Positions 7,628-16,660 are shown, counted from the stretch's first letter. The stretch is DNA of 35,799 bases from a virus (IMGVR_UViG_3300014202_001124:1-35799), one strand, 5' to 3'. Made by a program: numbers and translations. Notes: a model not told the origin generated them from the letters alone.

Positions 7628-7767
7628 TTCGCTGCCCAGTATTCATGTTCGCTTGAATAACAAGGAGGTTTTTTGGGTTTAATTTCCAAAACTTTGATGT
7701 CTATATCCCAATTTGAGTGTACAGAGCATCCCGAAAGCATTAATGCTATAAAAATAAGTGTTTTCAT
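7624..7767 (-). CDS. Small lipoprotein, 47 aa
   Basis: Below the ORF-track cutoff. MKTLIFIALMLSG|CSVHSNWDIDIKVLEIKPKKPPCYSSEHEYWAAK has a canonical LSGC lipobox; ATGA overlap with 7439..7627. Confidence 0.75.
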   Translation of the reverse strand: MKTLIFIALMLSGCSVHSNWDIDIKVLEIKPKKPPCYSSEHEYWAAK

Positions 7768-7800
7768 ATGCATTCATACTATCAAAATTCAGAATTTCAA

Positions 7801-7829
7801 TTGAGGGGAACTTTTTTGTAGGCTATGAT
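7801..7829 (+). promoter_or_regulatory. Promoter with an operator-like site filling its spacer
   Basis: TTGAGG-N17-TATGAT; GGGAAC-TTTTTT-GTAGGC at 7806-7823. Confidence 0.55.
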
Positions 7830-7851
7830 CTGGAGAAAAAAAAGAGGTCAT

Positions 7852-8145
7852 ATGGAAATGAGATTAGAGTTTATGGGGGACTACAACGATGAAAAAGATA
7901 AAGATGATTTCACCAAAATTATGCATGCAGAAATGGCTTATGCGGCCCTGCAGAAGGCTAGAGACTCAATTAGAGATTTAAAAAATAGACACTTCAAAGA
8001 TGACTGTTTTGATCTATATTGCGAAGAGGAAGACATAGAACCAAAAGAAAAGACTATTGATGATTATGAGTCCATTTTCGGTGAAGTGGAGTATGTTTTA
8101 AATGAAATCATGATGGAAACAGACATCCCAGGAAACATCTTTTAA
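7852..8145 (+). CDS. Hypothetical acidic protein
   Basis: Start moved to MEMRLEF (GAGG RBS) because the 7825 ATG lies inside the -10 box. Confidence 0.75.
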   Translation: MEMRLEFMGDYNDEKDKDDFTKIMHAEMAYAALQKARDSIRDLKNRHFKDDCFDLYCEEEDIEPKEKTIDDYESIFGEVEYVLNEIMMETDIPGNIF

Positions 8146-8354
8146 TGGAATCCAAGTTAGAGAGAGCATTAAGACAGGTGAAGTCGGTAGATGAAGATGA
8201 TTGGATGATTTGGTTTAGGCGTCAAGCTGAGCGCCCTGAAACTGGCAGCCCATTTTGCGAAAAATCTTTTTGGTTTTCTCCACAAGGAAAAGAGATCTTA
8301 GCAAATGAAGATCCAAATGATCTTCTTAGCTTCCTTGGGGTAAACGATGAGTGA
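8145..8354 (+). CDS. Hypothetical protein
   Basis: TAATG coupling; part of a tight operon. Confidence 0.7.
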   Translation: MESKLERALRQVKSVDEDDWMIWFRRQAERPETGSPFCEKSFWFSPQGKEILANEDPNDLLSFLGVNDE

Positions 8355-8577
8355 TGTTGTAGAAATCCTTGAAAAGCTGGTCTTCGAGGTTCAAAAATAT
8401 CTAAGCTCACAAGATATAACACCGGAACTGCAGATAGCAATATGCTTAGAAATGTGCATAGATATGCTGAGCGTTCACACTTCCTTCATGGAGGACAGAG
8501 AAGCTAAGGAATTTGTTAAAAGGACTATGGTCAAGATCTACAGAGACAGCCGTCTAATAAAAGATGTGAAACAGTGA
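8347..8577 (+). CDS. Hypothetical protein
   Basis: Overlaps both neighbours; helical 76 aa. Confidence 0.7.
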   Translation: MSDVVEILEKLVFEVQKYLSSQDITPELQIAICLEMCIDMLSVHTSFMEDREAKEFVKRTMVKIYRDSRLIKDVKQ

Positions 8578-8891
8578 AAAAATACTTAAGCAACATGAAC
8601 CATGAAGAGGTGTGGGGTCGGCAGCAGGTAATGGTCTTAAGTGCCTTAAGATATTGTCTCACTCGCAGAAACTATATAGTCTCTGACTGCGCACAATGGA
8701 TAATAAAATATTGGTGGACATTTGAAATAAGTACGAGGTTAAAAATTCTTAATGAACTTAAAGATGTTGTTGATGATGATGAACTTATGGATCCCATTTC
8801 CAAAGATATTTGGATTGATCTAATTGCCTTCATAGAAAGAAGACCATCGAATATGATGAGCGAACCAGAGTCCCCTCATGAAATAATATAG
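8574..8891 (+). CDS. Conserved-type hypothetical phage protein
   Basis: GTGA overlap; ALRYCLTRRNYIVSDC motif resembles a recurrent phage hypothetical family. Confidence 0.75.
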   Translation: MKKYLSNMNHEEVWGRQQVMVLSALRYCLTRRNYIVSDCAQWIIKYWWTFEISTRLKILNELKDVVDDDELMDPISKDIWIDLIAFIERRPSNMMSEPESPHEII

Positions 8892-8899
8892 GAGTTAAC

Positions 8900-9037
8900 A
8901 TGCCTCTCAAGAAAGGTAAATCGAAGTCTACAGTCAGCTATAACATCAAGAAGCTTAAGTCCGAAGGTTATCCAAAACCTCAGCAAATAGCAATAAGCCT
9001 GCAAAAAGCCGGAAAGTCAAATAAGAAAAAGAAATAG
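8900..9037 (+). CDS. Small basic phage protein (MPLKKGKS type), 45 aa
   Basis: Below cutoff. AGGAG RBS; MPLKKGKSKSTVSYNIKKLKSEGYPKPQQIAISLQKAGKSNKKKK, a pattern I recognise from phage genomes. Confidence 0.85.
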   Translation: MPLKKGKSKSTVSYNIKKLKSEGYPKPQQIAISLQKAGKSNKKKK

Positions 9038-9045
9038 GTAGAGAC

Positions 9046-9117
9046 ATGCAAGAAGGAATTATCTTTGTCTTTGTTATTCTCTTTATAATACTAGCTTTTG
9101 GATATGGCAAAAATTAG
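9046..9117 (+). CDS. Putative 23-aa single-pass membrane peptide
   Basis: MQEGIIFVFVILFIILAFGYGKN; exactly fills the gap up to the convergent fibre gene. Confidence 0.4.
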   Translation: MQEGIIFVFVILFIILAFGYGKN

Positions 9118-9974
9118 CTAGCTAAAATTCCGTAAAGGGTTGCTGTTCCGCTATTTATAGTCCCAGTGGATGGGATTATTCTAAAAGCGTTGTAGATATC
9201 AGCTGTGAAAATAGATGCGTCTATAGATTCTGTAAATATTGCCATTCCTTGAACGATCGTTATGTTTGCCTTGTTCAGGTTGTAGATGTTAACGAATCCA
9301 TTAGATCCTGGAGCATTGTCTAGCAATATTCTTGAAGTATTGACTTGAGCGGCTCCCCCAAAACGATAGTAATATACGTTTGTAGTAACCCAAGTAGACC
9401 CTCCATCTGCTGAAACTTGAAACCAAGTGTCGGCTGCTCCAGAAGAATTTGATGTTGCATAAAACAAAACCAACGCAACGTAATCGGTTGTAATTCCTGA
9501 GTCGAAAACATAAGATGCGGCAGCTCCTGTAATGGTTTCAATCAGAACCCATCCAGCTGACGCAAATCCCGATCCATCAATTGTAAGAGTATCTCCAGAA
9601 GCAGATGTTACTATGCCCCCAGTTCCAACCACATCCAAGTTATTTGCAGCGGGTGTTGCAGTGCCAGAATCTGCGGTAAATTGAAGAGGAACTGTCGCGT
9701 CTGCGTTGATAGTAAGGGTAGATCCAGCACCAGTCGTTGAGACACCGGTGCCACCTAAAACGTTTAAGTTGTTGGCAGCTGGCGTTGCAGATCCAGCGTC
9801 TGCTGTATAGGTTGTTGCAAGAGTTGCCGCTACTGAAATAGTTGGATTTCCAGAAACTCCATTGCCATCTGCAACAGAAACTCCAGCTCCAGCTGTGATT
9901 GTTCGTCCGTTGTAGGTTCCAGTCCCGTTATAGGCTATGATCCCTGTTTTGTCAGCATTGATTGCGTTCGACAT
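9114..9974 (-). CDS. Tail fibre / receptor-binding protein
   Basis: G/T/A-rich; two TADxGxATPAANNL..G..G..T...G.TLTI repeats; C-terminal domain ending GTATLYGI, shared with 11893 and 12622. Confidence 0.75.
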   Translation of the reverse strand: MSNAINADKTGIIAYNGTGTYNGRTITAGAGVSVADGNGVSGNPTISVAATLATTYTADAGSATPAANNLNVLGGTGVSTTGAGSTLTINADATVPLQFTADSGTATPAANNLDVVGTGGIVTSASGDTLTIDGSGFASAGWVLIETITGAAASYVFDSGITTDYVALVLFYATSNSSGAADTWFQVSADGGSTWVTTNVYYYRFGGAAQVNTSRILLDNAPGSNGFVNIYNLNKANITIVQGMAIFTESIDASIFTADIYNAFRIIPSTGTINSGTATLYGILAS

Positions 9975-9998
9975 TTAAAACTCCTACACCAATTAAAT

Positions 9999-11129
9999 TT
10001 AGACGATTGTGAAACCAGCGCCTTGGCTAGATATTACTGTAAAATCTGTATTAGCTGTGGTACATACAAGCTCAAGTGCATCCCATCTGTTTAGTGATGT
10101 AACGGAGCCAGCAACCCCAGTTGTTGTATTAGATGATCCAAAATGAATCGTTTGTCCAATGGCTTGAACAATAACAAAACCACCAGCTCCCTTTCGGACT
10201 ATTCTTACAATGTCTCCAAGGACTGCGGAAGTTGGAAGTGCTAAGTTTATAGATCCAGCTGCGTTTGTAACATATCCATTCTGCGCCAGCATATTCGTAT
10301 TGATCGCTACTTCTTGCCAGAATAAACCACTTGCGCCCACAAGCTGAACAAAGCCATCATTATCAACAGTAAAGTCGCTACTATCGAAGGAGCAGATTCC
10401 GGCATCGTTTTTGTCTCCAGGGGCTGATGCAATTTCTGTTGAAACTTGAATACTGAAATTTTCTTGTGAGGTGTCTACGCCATCTTGAGATATCCAAAGT
10501 GGACTCGCAAATGTCGCATTGTTAACTGCTACGCCAATAAGTTCTACATCGCCCGATCCATCTGGAGACGTTGGGACTCCATCGTTTCCTGTGAATGTTA
10601 AGGCTGGCGGAGTAACACCCCCAACCAAAGCAACAAATCCATTAGCATCAACAGTGAATTGACCATCATTAAAAGAACAAATACCAGCATCATTCTTGTC
10701 TCCAGGAGCCGCAGCAATCTCAGTTGCAACTTGAATACTCCAGTTCTCTTGGTTTGTGTCAACAGAGTCTTGAGATATCCAAAGAGGCTTAGAGAAGGTG
10801 GCGTTGTTGACTGCCACACCAATTAGCTCAATGTCACCACCAGCATCTGGAGATGTGGTTACTCCGTCATCACCAGTGACTGTTGTGAGAGCCCCATTAG
10901 CTAAAACCCAACCTGTATTTCCAGTACCTGTATCTTTTCGGTACCAGTCCCCACCAGTCCTGTCAAAGGCAATAGATCCAACGTTTGCAGCAGCCACCCC
11001 TTCTGGACTTCCAGCAATGTTGATTTGAGATATGGAATCTGTCTTTTGCATGATTCCGATAGCTTGCTGAGTAGAATCTTCAAGCCTTACACCAATTGGA
11101 TAAACAACACTATTGTCAAAACCAGCCAT
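9999..11129 (-). CDS. Tail fibre/baseplate-like virion protein with ~90-aa internal duplication
   Basis: Two copies of SPD..GD.ELIGVAVNNATF..PLWISQD.VDT.QEN.SIQV.TEIA.APGDKNDAGICSF; C-terminal NGYVTNAAGSINLALP...LGDIVRIV beta domain. Confidence 0.75.
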   Translation of the reverse strand: MAGFDNSVVYPIGVRLEDSTQQAIGIMQKTDSISQINIAGSPEGVAAANVGSIAFDRTGGDWYRKDTGTGNTGWVLANGALTTVTGDDGVTTSPDAGGDIELIGVAVNNATFSKPLWISQDSVDTNQENWSIQVATEIAAAPGDKNDAGICSFNDGQFTVDANGFVALVGGVTPPALTFTGNDGVPTSPDGSGDVELIGVAVNNATFASPLWISQDGVDTSQENFSIQVSTEIASAPGDKNDAGICSFDSSDFTVDNDGFVQLVGASGLFWQEVAINTNMLAQNGYVTNAAGSINLALPTSAVLGDIVRIVRKGAGGFVIVQAIGQTIHFGSSNTTTGVAGSVTSLNRWDALELVCTTANTDFTVISSQGAGFTIV

Positions 11130-11687
11130 TTATACCACCACGTAAGTTCCTACAGCATTGTAGTTTATTGTTTGTCCAGCAACGCCTGTTGCTCGAAGAA
11201 TAGCATTATTTCCAGAAGCAATCATAGTCATTGAAGCAAGGAGTAAAGAAGCGTCTTCATCATGATCAACAAATGGCCCAGGAGTATCGATGAGTGTTGC
11301 GGCTGCTCCATTTGTTCTAAATGTTGCAAAAACTGAGTATCCAACACCATCTCCAGTTCCAGTATCTCGTCCAACAACATCGAATTGGAATCTATAAACT
11401 GCAGCAGATCCACCAAGAGAAAAAGTAACAATATCTCCAGTCACAGCGCCAACAACGGTAGCTGTTCCAGTAATCCTGTTGGAAAGAACTATTTCTGTAA
11501 CGTTAGAAAGATTTGGGTTTGCGTTTGTGAATATCCCGTTTGCATTATTAGCAATTGAGTCAACGCCTGTGACAATCATCACAGACAATACTGATGTTGT
11601 TGTTCCAACATCTAGGCCGAAAGTGATGTCTGTTCCAGGTGGTGGTGGTGGGCCTCCGCCGCTTGAAAGGGGTCCTGCTTGACTCAT
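11130..11687 (-). CDS. Virion fibre-module protein
   Basis: Begins MSQAG like 13356..14231; GGGPPPPPG linker; beta-rich. Confidence 0.7.
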   Translation of the reverse strand: MSQAGPLSSGGGPPPPPGTDITFGLDVGTTTSVLSVMIVTGVDSIANNANGIFTNANPNLSNVTEIVLSNRITGTATVVGAVTGDIVTFSLGGSAAVYRFQFDVVGRDTGTGDGVGYSVFATFRTNGAAATLIDTPGPFVDHDEDASLLLASMTMIASGNNAILRATGVAGQTINYNAVGTYVVV

Positions 11688-11890
11688 TAGATTAGCTCCT
11701 TAATTTCTTCGACCGTAACACCCGCTACACTAGCTAACTTTTCAAGAGTTCTTAAAACACGCTCTTCTTTAAGACTTCTTTGCTCTGCTTGAGCAGCGTC
11801 TTTTTCAGCTCCTCTTTTCCAGCTCTCTTGTATTTGAGCTTCTTCTTCAGGAGTCAACTCTACCCTTATTCCATTCACAATCTTATGCAT
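11687..11890 (-). CDS. Putative tail-fibre assembly chaperone
   Basis: KIVNGIRVELTPEEEAQI followed by a charged helix, directly after the fibre genes. Confidence 0.6.
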   Translation of the reverse strand: MHKIVNGIRVELTPEEEAQIQESWKRGAEKDAAQAEQRSLKEERVLRTLEKLASVAGVTVEEIKELI

Positions 11891-11892
11891 GC

Positions 11893-12618
11893 TTAAGCCG
11901 CTGTTATACCGTAAAGTTTAAATGTACCAGCTGAAATGTTTCCAGACGACATTAAAAACTGAATAGCGTCTACGTCTGCCGCTGTCAGTCTAACCCCAGC
12001 ACCTTCCAATGTGAATCGGGCCGGAGTTGGGTTGGTTACTTGGCCCGCCACAGTAATCTGACAATAAGCTGCAGCGCTTGGGTTATAAATCGTTATTTCC
12101 CAGCAGCTGACTTCATTAGATGCGTTGCCAAGAGAGTTGGAAAATTGCATTTCACTATCTGCGTTGTCTCCGGTATCTGCTTGCGTTGGAGACGTAGCCA
12201 TCTCAGAGGTTTGAACAACCCATGCATAGTCCGATGCTCCTGAATCATAAGACGATCCATTGTTAGTAGATGTTCTCATGTAAAAGTTTGTTGCATCAGT
12301 GATTGGAGCTAAATTTGAAATAAATACCTTGTAAGCTGAATAAGTAGATGTTAGGCCTGTGAATGTAATAGCTGCACTGTTAGATGCTGTGGCTGTTTGT
12401 AAAAAAACCCAGCTTCCACTGCTTGGAGCAGCTTGAAAAGTTGGAAGTGCTCCAGCTCCATTAGAGGTTAAAAGTTGACCAGAACTACCAACACCAGCAA
12501 TTGATTGCTGCGCTGCTGTAGAGGTTGTTCCTCCACAAATTACAGCATATGCAGTTGAGGACTGCCTTCCTGTTCCTCCATCTGAAACTACTATTGGACT
12601 TGGTAAATTATAAGCCAT
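11893..12618 (-). CDS. Tail fibre / receptor-binding protein (paralog B)
   Basis: Full-length paralog of 12622..13356; GQLLTSNGAGALPTFQ; ends GTFKLYG. Confidence 0.78.
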   Translation of the reverse strand: MAYNLPSPIVVSDGGTGRQSSTAYAVICGGTTSTAAQQSIAGVGSSGQLLTSNGAGALPTFQAAPSSGSWVFLQTATASNSAAITFTGLTSTYSAYKVFISNLAPITDATNFYMRTSTNNGSSYDSGASDYAWVVQTSEMATSPTQADTGDNADSEMQFSNSLGNASNEVSCWEITIYNPSAAAYCQITVAGQVTNPTPARFTLEGAGVRLTAADVDAIQFLMSSGNISAGTFKLYGITAA

Positions 12619-12621
12619 AAA

Positions 12622-13356
12622 TCACGAGGGTACCATACCATAAAGTTTAAATATTCCAGTTCCTATAGTGTCAGGAAACCCTACTGTCTCGAATGAAAAC
12701 TGAATAGCATCTACATCTGCAGCCGTTAACCTAACACCAGATCCTTCAATCATAAATCTGGTTCCTGCACTATTCGTTATCTGACCTCGGTAATTCATTT
12801 GACAATAAGCGGCAACGCTTGGATTGAAAATTGTAATCTCGTAAGAATCAAACTCATTGGCTGCGTTTCCAAGAGTACCAAAAGCTAGAGAAATAGCATT
12901 TGCGCCTGCAGATCCGCCGTCAGTTTGCGCAGGAGCTGTAGCCATATCTGATATTTCAGCTACCCAAGCATAGTCGGATGCCCCATTATCAAATGAAGAC
13001 CCACCATTTGATGAAGTTCTTAAAATAAACTGAAATCCTTCAGTAGTTGGCGTCATTCCAGTTATGAAAACCTTAAATGCGTAATATGAAGAGCTTAATG
13101 AAAACTCTACACTAGCACTGTTATTGGCTGTCGCAGTGTTTAAGAAAACAAAATCTCCACCAGTTAATGTCTGAAAAGTTGGAAGTGCTCCAGCTCCGTT
13201 TGAGGTAAGAATTTGTCCAGATGTACCAACACTAGCAATCGATTGAACTGGTGCAGTTGATGTTGTTCCTCCACAAAGAACAGCATATGCAGTATTTGAC
13301 TGAACCCCTGTTCCGCCAGTTGAAACAATCTTAGGAACTGGAACTTTATAGGCCAT
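12622..13356 (-). CDS. Tail fibre / receptor-binding protein (paralog A)
   Basis: GGTG.QS.TAYAV.CGGTTSTA..QSIA.VG.SGQ.LTSNGAGALPTFQ and GVRLTAADVDAIQF are shared with 11893..12618. Confidence 0.78.
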   Translation of the reverse strand: MAYKVPVPKIVSTGGTGVQSNTAYAVLCGGTTSTAPVQSIASVGTSGQILTSNGAGALPTFQTLTGGDFVFLNTATANNSASVEFSLSSSYYAFKVFITGMTPTTEGFQFILRTSSNGGSSFDNGASDYAWVAEISDMATAPAQTDGGSAGANAISLAFGTLGNAANEFDSYEITIFNPSVAAYCQMNYRGQITNSAGTRFMIEGSGVRLTAADVDAIQFSFETVGFPDTIGTGIFKLYGMVPS

Positions 13357-14231
13357 TAGAACACCAAGAAGTTAGTACCATTCCAAAGAACGCTTAAGGA
13401 ACCGTAGTTTGTGTTTATACTATATGAAGCAGCTCCATCAATTAGTTCTGCTCCATCCGTATCAATCGTAATAGCGTTTGAAGAACCAGCCGTTCCGGCC
13501 TCATCCTTAAAAATGAATGTCTGATTAGTTGTATACAGAGTGCCGTCTAGAGTCAGCGTTCTTGCCGCAGAATTATCTGTTACACCAACCCAATAATCTG
13601 TCGCTATGATGTCAGTGCTGACAGCTGTTGTTCTTCTGGTAAATACATTCGTACCACTTATAGTTACTGTTGAACCAGAACCACTTGTGGTTATTCCACC
13701 GGAACCATTAATCGTTAGAACATTTAATGCAGGAGTGGCTGTTCCCGACTGCGTCGCAAAGGAGGTTGGAATTGTTGGGACTTCTACTACGTCAAAAGTC
13801 ACCGTGACTACAGCGCCTGCCCCGCTTGTATCTATTCCTGTGCCACCAAGAATAGAAAGAGCATTTAGAGCTGGGATAGCGGTTCCAGAATCTGTTGGAA
13901 AGGAAGTTGGAATATCTGGGTTTTCGCTTCCATCATAGGTGATTGTAACTGTATCACCAGATGCAGAAGTGTCTATACCAACACCACCAACAAAGTTTAT
14001 ATTATTAATTGCCGGAGTTGCAATTCCGGAATCTGTTGTAAAAGTAGAAGCCAATTCTTCATCAGCATTGAAAACAACAGTATTTCCAGCGGCAACTGTA
14101 TTGATAAGCTGTCCGCCAAGGAGATTAACAACTCCCCCTGCTGGAACTGCACTTCCTGAGTCGGCATCAAATTGTGTTACAGGACCTCCGCCACCACCAC
14201 CGGTAACGGAAATGATTCCAGCTTGTGACAT
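13356..14231 (-). CDS. Tail fibre protein with four ~42-aa repeats
   Basis: 4x F.TDSG.A.PA.N.L.I.GG.GI.TS..G.TVT; C-terminal IFKDEAGTAGSSNAITI...IDG...INTNYGSL domain. Confidence 0.78.
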   Translation of the reverse strand: MSQAGIISVTGGGGGGPVTQFDADSGSAVPAGGVVNLLGGQLINTVAAGNTVVFNADEELASTFTTDSGIATPAINNINFVGGVGIDTSASGDTVTITYDGSENPDIPTSFPTDSGTAIPALNALSILGGTGIDTSGAGAVVTVTFDVVEVPTIPTSFATQSGTATPALNVLTINGSGGITTSGSGSTVTISGTNVFTRRTTAVSTDIIATDYWVGVTDNSAARTLTLDGTLYTTNQTFIFKDEAGTAGSSNAITIDTDGAELIDGAASYSINTNYGSLSVLWNGTNFLVF

Positions 14232-14542
14232 TAAGTCGTTACTCTATACTGAGTTGCAAAATATATTAACCCAGTTCCAGCAGATCCTTTTACATAGATT
14301 TGTGTACCAGCTGGCAGGTCTCCAAGCTCATCATACAAAAAGAATGATCCAGCAGGAGCAACATCCACATCATTCACACCATCAATAGACACTGTCACTA
14401 AAACAGTTGAGTTATTGACAAGCTTGCATATGAATGCAGGATTCTCTAATGGAGTCCCAACAGCATCATAGCCACCCGTTAGAGTGGCTGAGTTGATGCT
14501 TCTAAGGGTTTCCCAACGAAGACGATTTGATATCGAAGGCAT
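14231..14542 (-). CDS. Small beta-rich virion protein
   Basis: AAGGA RBS; TAATG coupling; located in the fibre module. Confidence 0.7.
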   Translation of the reverse strand: MPSISNRLRWETLRSINSATLTGGYDAVGTPLENPAFICKLVNNSTVLVTVSIDGVNDVDVAPAGSFFLYDELGDLPAGTQIYVKGSAGTGLIYFATQYRVTT

Positions 14543-14557
14543 TACGAATCCTTAAGG

Positions 14558-16660
14558 TTAGTTTTGTCTTACGATGAACCAGTTAACAATCGAGCTATCC
14601 CCTGCAACTGGAGTTACAGCATCAGCGTCTGTTAAGGCAGTGATAACAAAGCTAGTCGATGCTGTGAGCGCTGTGACAGTCAAGTTTCCAAGAGCTGTCG
14701 ATCCGTTGATAAGCTGTCTTGTGAGGAAGATTCTATCAGTTGTTGCAATGTTTGTATTAGCAACTGTGACTGTTCCACCAGAGAGTGTTGATTGACCGAT
14801 GAAGTCAGTTACAGCTCCTCCGTTCATCTGAAGTTGAGTCGCGACAGATGTAAGGACTAGGTTAGATGAAACAGATACGTTACCAGTTCCAGCAAGAAGA
14901 TCGATACCGCCAGCTGCGTTTGACGCGTTAAGGACGATAGCGTCTCCGACAGCTTCTCCTGCTGTGATATTTACAGATCCCGCAGTACAAACAATGTCGA
15001 CATCCTCACCGGCAGCACCGGCCGCTGTGATATCAATTCCCCCGGCAGACGCGCTCAAAACCATAGCATCAGCTGCGTTTTGAGAAGTTGCAATATTGAT
15101 TTGCAAAGCTGCATCGGCATCGATACCACCAGCTGCCGAAAGAAGAGTTATAGCGTTAGCGGCAGCTTCTTCTGCGTTAACAATAACTCGACCAGCCGAA
15201 GATACGAGACTAAGATCAATACCGGCGCCACTTACTGAAACGTTAGAAGCAGCAGCTGCATCGATAGAAACGGCGCCTGTCGTATCTGCAATAATACCAG
15301 CTGTTCCAGCATCGATGTCGATACCACCACCAGCGTTAGACGCAGTGATGTTGATGGCGTCTGCAGAAGCTAATCCAGAAGTTACAGTTACACCACCAAC
15401 GTCTGATCCAATGTTGATAGAGGCAACACCAGTACCTTGGTCGGCATGAAGCCTAAGAGTCTCAGAAGTTCCTCCGTTAGTGCGGATATAAATGGCTTCA
15501 GCCGCGTTTTCAGTGGCTGTAACATTAACGGAACCACCAGTATTTACAATGTCGATGTCTTCGGCTGCAGCGCCAGTTGCTAGGATATCGATACCACCAG
15601 CAGACGATGTAAGAACCATTGCATCTGCAGCGTTTTGAGTGGTTGTGATTGTGATTTGTCCAGCACCTGCGACTTGAACACCACCCGCAGAAGCAGTAAC
15701 AACAACTGCATCAGCAACAGCTTCTCCGGCTGTTAGGTTGATAGACCCGTTAGTATTAACGATATCTACGTCTTCAGCAGCACCACCAGCTGCTGTAATA
15801 TCGATACCACCAGCAGAGGCGCTAAGAACGATCGCTGTTGCTACGTTTTCAGTAGATGTGATGTTAACTGAAGATCCAGTTGCGATGATGTCAATGTCCT
15901 CACCAGCGGCGGCTCCTGCTGCTAGGATGTCAATTCCCCCTGCAGACGAAGTGATTACGATTGAGTCAGCAGCACTTTGCGAAGTTGCGATATTGATTTG
16001 TAGGGCGGCATCAACATCGATACCACCAGCAGCTGACACCAGTGTAATCGCATTAGCAGCAGCTTCCTCGCCATTAACGATTACTCGGCCAGCATCAGAT
16101 GATAGTGTTAGATCAACTCCAGCTCCTGTGACATCAAAGAGTGATGCAGTGTCAGAAGTCATTGAAATTGCGCCGGTAGATGTGAAGGTAACAGTTCCTG
16201 TAGCTGATAGATTAACGAAAGACCCATCTCCACCACCACCTGCAATTGCTTGAGCAACTTTAAGAGGTGTCATGATGTCGGTGTCGTTTGTTCCAGTTGT
16301 CGCTTCTGCTGTTGTTGCTAGTTGAGCGATACCTTTTGTAACTTCTGTAGCATCTGGAGCTCCAGCGATTGCAACTAATGCAACCTTTGCAGGAGTCATA
16401 ATTGTTGTGTCGTCTGTTCCAGTTGTTGCCTCCGCAGCAGTGGCAAGTCTTGCAATACCAGCTACAGTTTCAGTTGCTTGTACGTTTCCTCCGGAATCCC
16501 AATCTGATCCATTGAAGAAGTAAAGAGTATTTGGATCAGTTGATTGGTCGATGTAAGCCTGTCCTGGCTGACCTTGAACCCCAGGAGCTGGAGCTCCCCT
16601 TCCTAAAATTGCACTTGGAACCGCTCCGACTAAACCACCTGGTGCATAAACTAATGCCAT
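14558..16660 (-). CDS. Long repeat-rich tail spike/fibre, probable beta-helix (~700 aa)
   Basis: Start moved to MALVYAPGG (AGGAG RBS). Two ATE...GIA.LAT.AEATTGT.D..IMTP.KV fibre repeats, then about 10 S/A-A-GGID/GGV repeats including a ~75-aa duplication. Confidence 0.8.
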   Translation of the reverse strand: MALVYAPGGLVGAVPSAILGRGAPAPGVQGQPGQAYIDQSTDPNTLYFFNGSDWDSGGNVQATETVAGIARLATAAEATTGTDDTTIMTPAKVALVAIAGAPDATEVTKGIAQLATTAEATTGTNDTDIMTPLKVAQAIAGGGGDGSFVNLSATGTVTFTSTGAISMTSDTASLFDVTGAGVDLTLSSDAGRVIVNGEEAAANAITLVSAAGGIDVDAALQINIATSQSAADSIVITSSAGGIDILAAGAAAGEDIDIIATGSSVNITSTENVATAIVLSASAGGIDITAAGGAAEDVDIVNTNGSINLTAGEAVADAVVVTASAGGVQVAGAGQITITTTQNAADAMVLTSSAGGIDILATGAAAEDIDIVNTGGSVNVTATENAAEAIYIRTNGGTSETLRLHADQGTGVASINIGSDVGGVTVTSGLASADAINITASNAGGGIDIDAGTAGIIADTTGAVSIDAAAASNVSVSGAGIDLSLVSSAGRVIVNAEEAAANAITLLSAAGGIDADAALQINIATSQNAADAMVLSASAGGIDITAAGAAGEDVDIVCTAGSVNITAGEAVGDAIVLNASNAAGGIDLLAGTGNVSVSSNLVLTSVATQLQMNGGAVTDFIGQSTLSGGTVTVANTNIATTDRIFLTRQLINGSTALGNLTVTALTASTSFVITALTDADAVTPVAGDSSIVNWFIVRQN

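Noticed and set aside
11893-13356. Paralogous fibre genes as a possible DGR template/variable repeat pair or invertible shufflon
   Set aside because: No reverse transcriptase or invertase is present. Differences are not adenine-specific, and both copies are full-length, co-oriented genes.
13606-16253. Long plus-strand ORFs (13606, 13939, 14574, 15096, 15738)
   Set aside because: They are antisense shadows of Ala/Gly/Thr-rich repeat genes, with no RBS and mirror-image low-complexity sequence.
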